Assembly: GCA_049976425.1 (NCBI GenBank)
Contig: JBMFIG010000001.1
Span: forward strand, 249,778 to 313,777
From: Thermoproteus sp.
GTDB lineage: Archaea; Thermoproteota; Thermoprotei; Thermoproteales; Thermoproteaceae
Direction of reading: 5' to 3'
DNA length: 64,000 bases
The first letter of the stretch is position 1. Each line of letters starts with the position of its first letter. Below the pieces are notes generated by a model. The model did no database searches, was not told the origin of the DNA, and saw only the letters and a list, made by a program, of their open reading frames with translations. Shown in pieces: positions 38,100 through 48,367 of this stretch. The translations under genes were made by a program, and so were the position numbers.

Positions 38100-39344
38100 A
38101 TGAAGATAGTGGTTGTCGGCGCCGGCATCGTCGGCATGGCGACCGCCTACCATCTTAAAAGAATTGCGCCGAGCTCCGAGGTGACTGTAGTCGACATGAT
38201 GGCGGGGGCCGGCATGGGGGACACCGGCAGATCCGCGGCCGCCTTCAGGACCATATTCACATCGCGGCTCAACAGGCTTCTGGCCAAGACAACTATAGAC
38301 TTCTATAGATCTGTACAGAAGGGGGGCCGCAACCTCTCCATGAGGTTTGTGGGGTATCTGTTCCTGGCTGGCGAGGCTGAGGCCGCCAGCTTGAGGCCTG
38401 TCGTCAGCGAGCTCAAGGCCATGGGCCTCTCCATAGACTTCGTGGATCCTCCGCGCGGCGTCAGGGCCAAGGTTACCGAGGACGAGGAGGCTAGGGAGAT
38501 GGGGCTCTACGACGTGGAGACGGGGATCCTAATAAGAGACGCCGGGATCCTCGACCCTGAGAAGGTACTGCGCTACTACGAGGAGCAGTTCATGAAGATG
38601 GGGGGCAAAGCCGTCTACGGGGTCAAGATGACGGGCCTTTTGGCCAGGCCCAAGAAGCCGCTGGGGATCCCGGGCGAGCCCTTCGCGTGGCAGGACTACG
38701 AGATAGGGGGTATATCCACAAGCGCCGGCGATGTCGAGGCGGATGCCGTCGTCCTCGCCACAGGCGCCTGGACAGGGGATCTGGCCGCCGCGTTGGGGTA
38801 CGGACTGCCCTTGAGGCCTAGGAAGAGGCAGGTCTTCGTGGTGAGGGCCGAGGGGGAGCTAAGGACCATGCTCTACGACGACTCGCTCACGGGGGAGGGC
38901 TCTATGCCCTTCCTGATACTGCCGCGCGGGATATATATAAGGCCGGAGCCCGACGAGGGGAACTTCTGGATAGGGCTGGCGGACAGAAGGCCCTACGGCT
39001 TCGAGGAGACCGGCGTCGAGGAGGGCCTCTGGCGTTACGGGATATATCCGGTCTTGAGCAAGTACATACCGGCGTTCGAGGGGCGGACCCCCCACAACGC
39101 CTGGCACGGCTACTACGACGAGAACGTTGTGGACGAGGTCGCCATAGTCGACAAGCTGGCCGACGGGCTCTACGTGGCGGCGGGCACCAGCGGCAGCGGC
39201 ATCATGAAGGCCGACGCCATAGCCAGAATAGCCGCCGCGCTTGTGTTAGGCGAGGGCAAGGCCGAGCTGTTCGGCGGGGTCGAGGTGCCGACCAACGCCC
39301 TAGCGAAGAACAGGTGTATGGAGCCGGAGAGGCTCGTGCTCTAG
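38100..39344 (+). CDS. FAD-dependent oxidoreductase (proline dehydrogenase/sarcosine oxidase beta-like)
   Basis: VVGAGIVG, TGRSAA, ATGAW, GTSGSGIM. Confidence 0.85.
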   Translation: MKIVVVGAGIVGMATAYHLKRIAPSSEVTVVDMMAGAGMGDTGRSAAAFRTIFTSRLNRLLAKTTIDFYRSVQKGGRNLSMRFVGYLFLAGEAEAASLRPVVSELKAMGLSIDFVDPPRGVRAKVTEDEEAREMGLYDVETGILIRDAGILDPEKVLRYYEEQFMKMGGKAVYGVKMTGLLARPKKPLGIPGEPFAWQDYEIGGISTSAGDVEADAVVLATGAWTGDLAAALGYGLPLRPRKRQVFVVRAEGELRTMLYDDSLTGEGSMPFLILPRGIYIRPEPDEGNFWIGLADRRPYGFEETGVEEGLWRYGIYPVLSKYIPAFEGRTPHNAWHGYYDENVVDEVAIVDKLADGLYVAAGTSGSGIMKADAIARIAAALVLGEGKAELFGGVEVPTNALAKNRCMEPERLVL

Positions 39345-40054
39345 ACCGTGTAATAGATCCTCTTCTTGTTCCTGCCCCTATTCTCTATCTTGAGGATCTT
39401 GACCTGCCCTATCTCGGCGGTGTTCCTCACGTGAGGGCCGCCGTCGGCCTGTACGTCCACGCCGGGTATCTCCACTATCCTCAAGACAGGGATGTTAGGA
39501 GGCGCCCTCTCTGCCAGCTTAGTTATGCCCGGTATCTTCAACGCCTCCTCCCTAGGCAACCAGTAGACCTTCACCTCTATGCCTCTGGCCGCCAGCTCGT
39601 TGACCTCCGCCACGGCCTCCTCGAAGGCCCTCCTCACCGTGTTCATGTCGCCCTCTATGCTGAAGTCGTCCCTCGCGTATTCGGGGGTTATCTCGCCGCC
39701 AGTTATCAGGGCGTTGTGCCTCCTGTATAGGACTGCCGAGAGCATGTGGGCAGCCGTGTGCAACCTCATCTTCCTGTACCTAGGCTCCCAGTCCAGCACG
39801 CCCTTGACCACGTCGCCAGGCTTCAGGCTGTGCTGGCCCTCCACTACGTGGACCACCTCGTCCCCCTCTCTGCCGGCCTTGACCCTATATCTCGCTCCGG
39901 CCGCCTCCAGATACCCCGTATCCGCCTGGACTCCTCCCTCGCCGTCGTGGAAGGCAGTTCTGTCGAGCACGACCTTATCGCCGATGACGTCCAGAACAGT
40001 GGCCTCGAACTCCTTTATGTAGCTGTCTTCCTGGTACAATAACTTAGTCCGCAT
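39341..40054 (-). CDS. alaX: Alanyl-tRNA editing protein AlaX
   Basis: LYQEDSY, LDRTAF..GGVQADTG, MRLHTAAH, ADGGPHVRNT. Confidence 0.92.
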   Translation of the reverse strand: MRTKLLYQEDSYIKEFEATVLDVIGDKVVLDRTAFHDGEGGVQADTGYLEAAGARYRVKAGREGDEVVHVVEGQHSLKPGDVVKGVLDWEPRYRKMRLHTAAHMLSAVLYRRHNALITGGEITPEYARDDFSIEGDMNTVRRAFEEAVAEVNELAARGIEVKVYWLPREEALKIPGITKLAERAPPNIPVLRIVEIPGVDVQADGGPHVRNTAEIGQVKILKIENRGRNKKRIYYTV

Positions 40055-40139
40055 AGCAGAAAATCGGCGGCTAAAAATACGTTCTCGCCCCGCCGGACCT
40101 AGAGGACCTACCGGCCTCGGCTCGGATCTCGCCGTGCGG

Positions 40140-40200
40140 TCGGCTGGGCGATCCCAGCACATCCGCTTGTGCCGCGGCGCGCTTAAGCCCAGCCGAGACA
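40140..40200 (+). ncRNA. Intergenic hairpin followed by ACA (possible H/ACA-like RNA or terminator)
   Basis: TCGGCTGGGC pairs with GCCCAGCCGA (10 bp), with internal loop and upper stem, and ACA just 3' of the stem. No clear K-turn. Confidence 0.35.
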
Positions 40201-40210
40201 GCCTCTATCC

Positions 40211-41422
40211 TCAACGGGCGTCGAACTTGAAGCCCCTAGCCTCGAGATCCCTCAATACGGCCCCCAGATCGAGGTCGCCCGGTATCTCGGTCACGAAGAC
40301 CAACTCGACGTAGTTAGGCCTCTGGTGGGGGTCGTACCTCTCGTGGTATACGTCGATTATGTTGACGCCGTGTTTCGCCAAGACAGAAGCCGCAGCGGCC
40401 AACATCCCGGGTCTGTCCGGCACCTCGCCGACGAATTTCACTATCCTCCTCTGGCGCGCCATAGCCTTATTGAGCACCCTGACCAGCGTAGTGGCGTCTA
40501 TGTTGCCGCCGGACACCACGGCGACGGCCTTCCTCCCCTCCGTCTTCACCTTGCCGGTCATCAAAGCGGCCACGGACGCGGCGCCGGCCCCCTCGGCTAT
40601 CACCCTAGTCCTCTCGGCGAGCAGATATATAGCGTCGGCGATCTCGTTGTCGTCTACCAGCACCACGTCGTCCACGTACCTCTCGATGAACGACATGGTC
40701 AGCTCGCCGGGCCGTTTGACCGCAATGCCGTCGGCTATCGTGTCGACGCTCTCCAACGCGACTATCCGGCCCTCCCTCAGAGATCTGTACACAGAAGGGG
40801 CGCCGGACGCCTGCACGCCGTAGATCTTGGCGTTGGGCCTCGCCCTCTTGACGGCGTACGCTATGCCGGATATAAGGCCGCCGCCGCCGATCGGGACGAC
40901 CACCACATCCACGTCGTGTAGGTCCTCCAGGATCTCTATCCCTATAGTCCCCTGGCCGGCTATGACGTACAGATCGTTGTATGCGTGTAGGAACTTGGCG
41001 TCTGGCGCCACCAGCTCCACGGCCTTCTTCTCCGCCTCGTAGTAGCTCTCGCCGTAGAGCACGACATCAGCACCATAATCTCTAGTCTTCTTCACTTTCA
41101 GCCACGGTGTGGTCGACGGCATGACTACCGTGGCCTTAACCCCGTGTAGTTGCGCCGCGTAGGCCACCCCCTGGGCGTGGTTGCCCGCCGACGCCGTCAC
41201 GAATTTCCTGTAGCCCTCTTGTATGTACTTGTACATGGCGTAGTAGGCCCCCCTTATCTTGAAGGAGCCTGTCTTCTGCAGAGCCTCCAGTTTTAGGTAG
41301 ACCTCGCCGCCCTGGAGGCGCGAGAGCGACTCCGACCTCAAAAGAGGCGTCCTGTGTATGAAGCCACGCCTCTGTTGCTCCCCTATGATCTCCGCGGCCT
41401 CCTCGAGCGGAGGCTCCCTCAT
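40211..41422 (-). CDS. ilvA: Threonine ammonia-lyase with C-terminal ACT domain
   Basis: LQKTGSFKIRGA, SAGNHAQG, GGGGLISG, SGGN, DRPG. Confidence 0.92.
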   Translation of the reverse strand: MREPPLEEAAEIIGEQQRRGFIHRTPLLRSESLSRLQGGEVYLKLEALQKTGSFKIRGAYYAMYKYIQEGYRKFVTASAGNHAQGVAYAAQLHGVKATVVMPSTTPWLKVKKTRDYGADVVLYGESYYEAEKKAVELVAPDAKFLHAYNDLYVIAGQGTIGIEILEDLHDVDVVVVPIGGGGLISGIAYAVKRARPNAKIYGVQASGAPSVYRSLREGRIVALESVDTIADGIAVKRPGELTMSFIERYVDDVVLVDDNEIADAIYLLAERTRVIAEGAGAASVAALMTGKVKTEGRKAVAVVSGGNIDATTLVRVLNKAMARQRRIVKFVGEVPDRPGMLAAAASVLAKHGVNIIDVYHERYDPHQRPNYVELVFVTEIPGDLDLGAVLRDLEARGFKFDAR

Positions 41423-42621
41423 AAAAATTCGCGTATGGCGTCGGCCAGGCGCTTGATGCCGACGTCTATCTGCTCGAACGAGCTGTACGTGAAGTTTAGT
41501 CGCATAGTGTTCCTGCCCTCGCCCTCGTTGACGTGGAACCCGTGGCCGGGGACGTACGCCACCTTGTACTTGGTTATCGCCACGTTCAGCATCTCCTTCG
41601 TGTCTATCTTCTCGGGGACTTTGACCCAGATGAACATGCCGCCCGACGGCTTGGTCCAGCTCACGCCCTTAGGCATATACGCATCAAGCGCGGCCAACAT
41701 GGCGTCGCGCTTCTTCCTATAGAGCTCCACGATCCTCGGTATATTCCTCTGTATGACGCCCCTCCTCAGTCCCTCGAGCAACAGGTACTGGTTAAGCGTC
41801 GGCGTGTTGAGGTTCAGCGCTTGCTTCGCGAGGGCGAACCATCTGATGAGCTCCTGATCCGCCACCACCCAGCCGAGCCTAAGGCCTGGGCTGAATATCT
41901 TCGACGCAGTGGAGAGGTATATCACTCTGCCCGACTTGTCGAGAGCCTTCAGCCTAGTGACGCTTATGTTGTCGAATATGAAGTAGCCGTAGGGGTCGTC
42001 CTCCACGACTAGGAGGTCGTTCTGCTCCGCTATCTCGAGGAGGTGTCTCCTCCTGTCGTCGGTCATCGTGACGCCCGTGGGGTTCTGGGCTGTGGGGACC
42101 GTATAGATGAACTTTATCCTGGCGCCCTCGGCCTTCAACTTCCTGACTTGCTCCTCGAGGACCTCTGTCCTCATGCCGCGGTCGTCCATGGGTATCCCGA
42201 CCAGCTTGGGCCGGTAGACGCGCCACGACTGCAAGGCGGCTATATACGTCGGGTTCTCCGTGACTACGACGGATCTCTCGTCAAGGAACAACCTGCCCAG
42301 GAGCTCCAGGGCCTCCTGGCTACCGACGGTGACTATCACGTTGTCGGCAGTCGCCTTTATCCCGTTGCTGGCCGCGAACTTGGCGAGCTCGTCCCGGAGC
42401 TCGGGGACGCCCTCTGTCTGTCCGTACTGGAGCGCCTTATTGCCGTAGGTCTCAAGGACGTAGGAGCTTATCCTCGCTATCTCCTCCAGGGGAAACGTCG
42501 AGGGGTCCGGCATCCCCCCTCCGAACGATATGACGTCAGCGGTGGCCCACTTCAAGAGCTCTCTTATCTCGCTGGCCCGCATGTAGGCGGTCCTCTCCGC
42601 CAGCAACTTCGACAGGTCCAT
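41419..42621 (-). CDS. PLP-dependent aminotransferase (2-aminoadipate/aromatic type)
   Basis: ISFGGGMP, LQYG, QNPTG, EDDPY, SKIFSPGLRLGW. Confidence 0.92.
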   Translation of the reverse strand: MDLSKLLAERTAYMRASEIRELLKWATADVISFGGGMPDPSTFPLEEIARISSYVLETYGNKALQYGQTEGVPELRDELAKFAASNGIKATADNVIVTVGSQEALELLGRLFLDERSVVVTENPTYIAALQSWRVYRPKLVGIPMDDRGMRTEVLEEQVRKLKAEGARIKFIYTVPTAQNPTGVTMTDDRRRHLLEIAEQNDLLVVEDDPYGYFIFDNISVTRLKALDKSGRVIYLSTASKIFSPGLRLGWVVADQELIRWFALAKQALNLNTPTLNQYLLLEGLRRGVIQRNIPRIVELYRKKRDAMLAALDAYMPKGVSWTKPSGGMFIWVKVPEKIDTKEMLNVAITKYKVAYVPGHGFHVNEGEGRNTMRLNFTYSSFEQIDVGIKRLADAIREFL

Positions 42622-42665
42622 ATATAGGCCGCAGGCCCATCAATAAATATTTTGACATATATAAA

Positions 42666-42962
42666 CTATATATTAGCTACACCGGACTCGGCTCTAAGGC
42701 ACTCGACGCATATCCGGAGGAGTCCCCTCCTGACGCTACAGTGCTCGCAGACAAGCCGGCCGCACTTGTAGCAAGTAGAGACAGAATACCTAACGCCGCA
42801 TATCTTGCACAGAGTCTCCTCGCACGCCTTACAGTAACGCGTCCCCATATCATACTTACAGACCCGGCGGCTACATCTGGGGCATACGAACTCGGCGGGC
42901 TCCCAGCCGCAGATCTCGCATAGCACCACGTCTTGGGGAGCTCTTCTTATAGGCCTCAACAT
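42666..42962 (-). CDS. Cys-rich zinc-finger protein
   Basis: 98 aa with multiple CxxC pairs in tandem B-box/HIT-like repeats. Confidence 0.75.
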   Translation of the reverse strand: MLRPIRRAPQDVVLCEICGWEPAEFVCPRCSRRVCKYDMGTRYCKACEETLCKICGVRYSVSTCYKCGRLVCEHCSVRRGLLRICVECLRAESGVANI

Positions 42963-43022
42963 CGTGATCTACCTAACTTAAAGAACTACAACGCTTCCGC
43001 GACCGTATACCGCTGAGCCTAG

Positions 43023-43904
43023 CTATTTTTTCAGAGCCTTCAGCACCAATTGCGGCACCTCCATGGGAGTATCGGCGACCGGTATGCCGGCCTCTCTAAG
43101 CGCCTTGACCTTGCCATTGGCGTCGCCGGAGCCCAACATCACTATGGCGCCCGCGTGGCCCATGCGCTTCTCTGGCGGGGCGGTCCTCCCGGCCACGTAG
43201 CCCACCAAAGGCTTCTTTATGGCGCCCTCCGCGTACAGCTTAGCCAGCCTCTCCTCGGCGTCGCCGCCGACCTCGCCTATCACTACGATGGCGTCTATAT
43301 CGGGGTCTTTAGCCATCATCAAGGTGGCCTCGACCAGATCAGTCCCGACTATGGGATCGCCGCCGACTCCCACAGCCGTGTTTATCCCCAGCCCGGCGCG
43401 CACCAGCTGGTAGGATATCTCGTAGGTGAGGGTCCCCGACCTGCTCACAACGCCTATCCTGCCCGGCGTCTGGTATATGTTGTTGGGCATTATGCCCAGC
43501 TTGGCCTTCACGGGAGGCGCCACGATGCCGGGACAGTTAGGCCCGATCACGTTCACCCCGCGGGCCTTGGCGTAGCTGACGAACCTCAGAGTCTCGTGTA
43601 TGGGTATATGCTCCGTTATGACCACGACCAGCTGTATTCCCGCATCAACGGCCTCGTAGACCGCCTCGGCCGCGAACTTGGCGGGCACGAAGATCACCGA
43701 GGCGTTGGCGCCGGTCGCCTTTACGGCCTCCTCGACTGTGTCGAACACCGGCAGGCCGGCCACAGTCGCGCCGCCCTTGCCGGGAGTCACGCCGCCCACC
43801 ACCTTGGTGCCGTATTCCAGCATTCTCTGGGCGTGGAAAGAGCCCTCCTTTCCCGTGATCCCCTGAACTATGACCTTGGTATTGGGCCCGACTAAGATCG
43901 TCAT
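43023..43904 (-). CDS. sucD: Succinyl-CoA synthetase alpha subunit
   Basis: [30 protein letters not shown]. Confidence 0.97.
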   Translation of the reverse strand: MTILVGPNTKVIVQGITGKEGSFHAQRMLEYGTKVVGGVTPGKGGATVAGLPVFDTVEEAVKATGANASVIFVPAKFAAEAVYEAVDAGIQLVVVITEHIPIHETLRFVSYAKARGVNVIGPNCPGIVAPPVKAKLGIMPNNIYQTPGRIGVVSRSGTLTYEISYQLVRAGLGINTAVGVGGDPIVGTDLVEATLMMAKDPDIDAIVVIGEVGGDAEERLAKLYAEGAIKKPLVGYVAGRTAPPEKRMGHAGAIVMLGSGDANGKVKALREAGIPVADTPMEVPQLVLKALKK

Positions 43905-45049
43905 AGCCTAGCCGCCTCGACCGCTTTTTGTGCTGCCTCTTCGGCATTTTCGTATAGCGGTATTCCCAACTTGGCCAACATCTGCCTGCCCAGCTCCTCG
44001 TTGGTGCCCTTCATCCTCACTATTATCTTCTTATTAGTGCCACCTGTCTCGGCCAACGCCGCCTCTATGCCGGCGGCCACCTCGTCGGCGCGCGTGATCC
44101 CGCCGAAGATGTTTATGAATATCGACTTGACCCGCGGATGCCTTAGGAGGACCTTTAACGCCTCCTTGACCACGTCGCGCGACGCGCCGCCGCCTATGTC
44201 GAGGAAATTGGCGGGCCTCCCCCCGAAGTGGTAGACGAGGTCCATGGTGCTCATGGTGAGCCCCGCGCCGTTGCCTATAATGCCGACGTCGCCGTCCAGC
44301 TCGACGTAGTTGAACCCTATCTTCTGCGCGTACCGCTCGAACTCGGTCACGTCTCTCGGATCCTCTTCATATGCCTTCTCGAGATCCGGGTGTTTGAACA
44401 GAGAGTTGTCGTCGACGATTATTCTGGCGTCTAGAGGCACCACCTCGCCCGTCTTGGTCACTGCCAGCGGGTTGGACTCCACGAGCTCGGCCTCCAGCTC
44501 TGTCATAGCCCTGTACATGGCTCTGACTATGCTAGCGGCTTGATCCCACTGGGGCGTCCCCGGCTTTATGGCCAGCCAAGACACTATGGCCCTTACGTGG
44601 AAATCCCTAAGCCCTTCGAAGGGATCGACGTATACGCGTTTTATCTTCTCGGGCTCCTTCTTAGCTATCTCCTCTATGTCTATACCGCCTACCGGCGACG
44701 CCAGGAAGAGATACCGCCTCGTGGCTCTGTCTATTATAAGGCTCAGGTACATCTCCCTCTCCACCTCTTGGTACTCGGTTACGTAGATCTTCTTCACAAC
44801 CAGCCCCTTTATGGTCATGCCGAACATCTGCCTCGCCAGCGCCTCCGCCTCCTCGGGCGTCTTGGCGATCTTTATGCCGCCGGCCTTGCCTCTACCGGCA
44901 ACGGTCACCTGCGCCTTCAACACGACAGGCTTCCCTATCTCCTCGGCGATTTTGCGCACTTCCTCGGGCGTCAACGCCAGCCTTCCTCGGGGTATCTTCA
45001 CGCCGTATTTGGCCAAGATCTCCTTGGCCTCGTATTCGTACAACTTCAT
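43901..45049 (-). CDS. sucC: Succinyl-CoA synthetase beta subunit
   Basis: [37 protein letters not shown]. Confidence 0.97.
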   Translation of the reverse strand: MKLYEYEAKEILAKYGVKIPRGRLALTPEEVRKIAEEIGKPVVLKAQVTVAGRGKAGGIKIAKTPEEAEALARQMFGMTIKGLVVKKIYVTEYQEVEREMYLSLIIDRATRRYLFLASPVGGIDIEEIAKKEPEKIKRVYVDPFEGLRDFHVRAIVSWLAIKPGTPQWDQAASIVRAMYRAMTELEAELVESNPLAVTKTGEVVPLDARIIVDDNSLFKHPDLEKAYEEDPRDVTEFERYAQKIGFNYVELDGDVGIIGNGAGLTMSTMDLVYHFGGRPANFLDIGGGASRDVVKEALKVLLRHPRVKSIFINIFGGITRADEVAAGIEAALAETGGTNKKIIVRMKGTNEELGRQMLAKLGIPLYENAEEAAQKAVEAARL

Positions 45050-45102
45050 AGAGATCCGTCTTGGGCCGCGTTTTTAGCGTTATCTACGCAGAAGGCGTCT
45101 AG

Positions 45103-45225
45103 TATTTAGCCAAAGAGCTAGCCCGCCGATTTTTAGCCAAATCTAAATATTCTCCGAGATTTCACAGGGCAGCTTAGAACCCTAGCCTTTAGTTTCCCCA
45201 TTAATTTTTAGCCCAAGGAAAAATT
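45103..45225. promoter_or_regulatory. DtxR/MntR-type operator repeats upstream of mntH
   Basis: TTTAG-CCAAAT-CTAAA palindrome at 45132-45147. Related TTTAGCC half-sites near 45105 and at 45203-45225 (AATTTTTAG-N6-GAAAAATT). Confidence 0.65.
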
Positions 45226-45249
45226 TTATAGGGATGGGTAAAGCGCCCC

Positions 45250-46365
45250 ATGGATCTGATAGGCCCCGCCACTGTTGTCAGCGTCGCCTATATAGACCCT
45301 GGGAACTTCGGCGCGAACATAGCGGCCGGATCCACGTACGGCCTGAGCCTGCTCTGGGTCGTCTGGCTCTCCGGCTTGTTGGCAATTATGTACCAGTATA
45401 TATCCGGCGTCTTGGGGCTGGAGAGCGGGGCTGGCCTTCTGGACCATCTAAAGATGCGCTTGAAGCCTCTGTGGCCGCTCTACGTGCCGGCTCTCTTCGC
45501 GGTGGCGCTCGCGACGGATCTGGCCGAGTTCGTGGGGCTGATAATAGCGTTTGAGCTGTTGCTGGGGCTTCCCGTATACCTAGCGGCGCTTCTGGGCTCT
45601 ATAGACGTCGTCTTGTTGCTGATACTGGGCGATAGGGGGAAGGCCTACTTCGCGGCGATAGGCGTCCTGGCCTCCGTGGTGGGCCTCAGCTTCCTCGTGG
45701 AGCTTGTGTTGGTCAAGCCGGATCTACTCTCAGTCGCCTACCACTCGTTAGTGCCGGCCTTAGGCGGCGGGGCGGCGCTCTACGCCGCCTCCATAATCGG
45801 CGCCACCGTCATGCCGCACGCCTTATTGCTACATTCGCACATAGTGGGCGGCCTAGACAGGCGGACCCACAGAGTCCAGACCCTTTATAATTTGGGCATA
45901 GCCTCCGGCGTCAACGCGGCGATGCAAGTTGTCGCCGCGTACGCCCTCTACGGGAGGAGCGTGGAGATCTCGAGCGTGCCGAAGGTGTTAGAGCCGCTCT
46001 ACGGCCCGTTCGCCGGGCTTGCGTTCTCAATAGCGTTGCTGTCGTCGGGATTGGCCTCCTCGGCGGTCTCGGTGCAAGCGGGGACCCTAATATTGGAGAG
46101 GATGTTGGGCAGAGACGTGGCTAGGTACAAGGCGCGCCTCTTCTTCCGGCTGATCAACATAATACCGACCGCGGCCGTCCTAGCCGCCGGCGTCAACCCG
46201 CTCGAGCTACTTGTCTATACCCAGGTTGTCTTGAGCATGGTATTGCCCATGGCGCTCCTGCCGCTGGTGGCGTTCGCCAGGCCGTACATATCCAGGAAGC
46301 TGGCGGTCGTAGCCTATGCGGCGGGCGCGTTCGTCATACTTATAGATCTATTGACGCTTGTCTGA
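45250..46365 (+). CDS. mntH: NRAMP divalent metal transporter
   Basis: AYIDPGN, DLAE, IIGATVMPH. Confidence 0.92.
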   Translation: MDLIGPATVVSVAYIDPGNFGANIAAGSTYGLSLLWVVWLSGLLAIMYQYISGVLGLESGAGLLDHLKMRLKPLWPLYVPALFAVALATDLAEFVGLIIAFELLLGLPVYLAALLGSIDVVLLLILGDRGKAYFAAIGVLASVVGLSFLVELVLVKPDLLSVAYHSLVPALGGGAALYAASIIGATVMPHALLLHSHIVGGLDRRTHRVQTLYNLGIASGVNAAMQVVAAYALYGRSVEISSVPKVLEPLYGPFAGLAFSIALLSSGLASSAVSVQAGTLILERMLGRDVARYKARLFFRLINIIPTAAVLAAGVNPLELLVYTQVVLSMVLPMALLPLVAFARPYISRKLAVVAYAAGAFVILIDLLTLV

Positions 46366-46366
46366 T

Positions 46367-46783
46367 ATGGACGTCGACGCGATGAGGAGGGGGCACGAGG
46401 TGAAGGACGTGAGGCCGGAGCACTACCTGGAGGCTATCTATGTCCTATCGAGGAGCGGAAGGGTCACCCTAAGCGCGTTGGCCGAGGTCCTAGGCGTGAA
46501 GCCCAGCTCGGCCCAGAAGATGCTGAGGAGGCTGGACGAGCTGGGCTACATAACCTATAAGGGGCGCGAGGGGATAGAGATAACCGAGCGCGGCCTAGCT
46601 GTCCTGGAGGGACTTGACAGAGCCCACAAGACGCTCGCCGAGTTCTTCAGACTCATAGGCGTCGACGACGAGCTCGCCGAGATCGAGGCCGAGAAGCTCG
46701 AGCACGTCATGGATCCCAGAGTGGTGGAGAGGATCGCCAAGCTCGCCGAGGCTCTCAAACGGCTCAGCGAGGCGCTGGCGTGA
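46367..46783 (+). CDS. DtxR/MntR metal-dependent regulator
   Basis: EHYLEAIY, LAEVLGVKPSS, H...EFF, EAEKLEH. Confidence 0.9.
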   Translation: MDVDAMRRGHEVKDVRPEHYLEAIYVLSRSGRVTLSALAEVLGVKPSSAQKMLRRLDELGYITYKGREGIEITERGLAVLEGLDRAHKTLAEFFRLIGVDDELAEIEAEKLEHVMDPRVVERIAKLAEALKRLSEALA

Positions 46784-47265
46784 CTAGGACTTACGTCGAC
46801 TTGCTCGTCTTAGCGGCCTCGCTGGCCGCTCTGGCGGTGAGGCCGGCGACGTTGGGTTACCTGCTCGCGCTGGCGATATCCGCTATCTCGTTCAAGAGGC
46901 TCAACTGGCTCGGCGGCAGACGGGCTTACTTGCTACCGGCGATTGCCGTATATCTGGCCGCGTTTACTGCGGATCTGCTCACCGGGCCCAAGAGCCCTCC
47001 GGCTAATATCATCGTCGCCGACGTCTTGGCCCCCATCGTCGAGGAGGTGGTGTTCAGAGGCCTCACGTTCAGGGTCCTCCCTCTATGGGGCGCCATTCCC
47101 GTATCCACTGTCGTCTTCGCGCTCCTTCACCCGTACCCGCTCCTGGCCCTGGCCTACGCGATCGCGCTGACTCTGGCCTATATGGGCGGCGGTCTCGCCG
47201 CGTCGATCGCGCTTCACGCAATTAACAATATCTTATGGACAGCCATATACCTAGGCCTTCTCTAG
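46780..47265 (+). CDS. CPBP (CAAX/Abi) intramembrane metalloprotease
   Basis: APIVEEVVFRG, FALLH, IALHAINN. Confidence 0.88.
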   Translation: MTRTYVDLLVLAASLAALAVRPATLGYLLALAISAISFKRLNWLGGRRAYLLPAIAVYLAAFTADLLTGPKSPPANIIVADVLAPIVEEVVFRGLTFRVLPLWGAIPVSTVVFALLHPYPLLALAYAIALTLAYMGGGLAASIALHAINNILWTAIYLGLL

Positions 47266-47871
47266 CTCGACGCAGACGAAGCCGTAGCGTTCCGCCTCGC
47301 CTAGACTGGGCCTATCTACCGGGTACTCCCTCTCGACGTCGCCGCCTAGAGTCGCCGAGACGGCGCGCGGCCTCATGCCGGCGCGGGCGCCGAACGCCAC
47401 GACCTCGGACACCGTGTAGAATCTGGCACGGGAATAGAACGGATGTCCCTCCGTCGCCTCGCGCGTGTAGCGGATGCCCCACGGAGAGTTGCGGGGGACT
47501 ATACACGCGACGACCCTTCCGGCGACGCGAGCCGCCTCCTCGACGAGTTTAGCCGGATCGTCCGCAAAGCACAAGGTGACCACGATAAGAGCGCAGGGGA
47601 AGGCGCCGTCCCTGAACGGAAGGCGCTCGCCCACTGCGGCCACTAGGTCTAGACCTTTAGGGGCGAGCCTCAACATGGCGATTGACGGATCTACTCCAGC
47701 CCTGAGCCTCAACGGATGCGCGAATCTGCCGGTCCCCACCCCGATCTCGACCCCGCCTTCGCAATCGAAGACGGACGCCGCCCGCAACTCGCTCGAATAC
47801 AGATCCGCATGTTTCACGTACCAGAGGTCGTATCTATCCGCATGCGCGTCGAAGACGTCCCTGGCGCTCAC
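47251..47871 (-). CDS. Class I SAM-dependent methyltransferase
   Basis: YDLWY, EIGVGTGRF, GVDPS, ERLPF, TLCF. Confidence 0.88.
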   Translation of the reverse strand: MSARDVFDAHADRYDLWYVKHADLYSSELRAASVFDCEGGVEIGVGTGRFAHPLRLRAGVDPSIAMLRLAPKGLDLVAAVGERLPFRDGAFPCALIVVTLCFADDPAKLVEEAARVAGRVVACIVPRNSPWGIRYTREATEGHPFYSRARFYTVSEVVAFGARAGMRPRAVSATLGGDVEREYPVDRPSLGEAERYGFVCVELEKA

Positions 47872-47915
47872 GTAGGTGATGCGACACAGATATATTTTGT
47901 CGGCAACCCGAGCCC

Positions 47916-48317
47916 GTGGACTACATCAAGTGGCTGAGATCCCTAGAAATCTTCCTATACGGCCTAGCGCTCGTCGTGACGGCCGTACTAGCAGGCTACT
48001 CGTTTTACCTAGTGGTGTTGGGCATAATAGGTCTCTCGCAAAACGCCACAGAATATTCGGTTTATTTATTATTAAGCAATTTATTCTTATTTATAATATT
48101 TATTGAACTTCTTGATACATTTATAACATATATACAAAATAAAGAAGTTATAGTATATAAGATAATTGACGTCGCGCTCGTCGCGCTTGCGCGGGAACTC
48201 ATAGTCTACATATCGCCCGCCAACAGCAACTTCGATATAGCCCACGCCGCCGTGTTGACGGCGGCCACGCTCGCCATAGGCATCGTCGACTACCTACAAC
48301 ATAGGCGCACGGCCTGA
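47916..48317 (+). CDS. PsiE-family membrane protein
   Basis: 4 TM segments, FIIFIELLDT, DVALVALARELI. Confidence 0.75.
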   Translation: MDYIKWLRSLEIFLYGLALVVTAVLAGYSFYLVVLGIIGLSQNATEYSVYLLLSNLFLFIIFIELLDTFITYIQNKEVIVYKIIDVALVALARELIVYISPANSNFDIAHAAVLTAATLAIGIVDYLQHRRTA

Positions 48318-48367
48318 CGGCGCGCGGTCCGCCGAAAACGTTTATAAGACGGCCCCATGCGGCGGCC

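Noticed and set aside
42963-43020. Possible C/D sRNA (GTGATCT...CTGA)
   Set aside because: Poor C box. The region is better explained as the promoter of the minus-strand Zn-finger gene.
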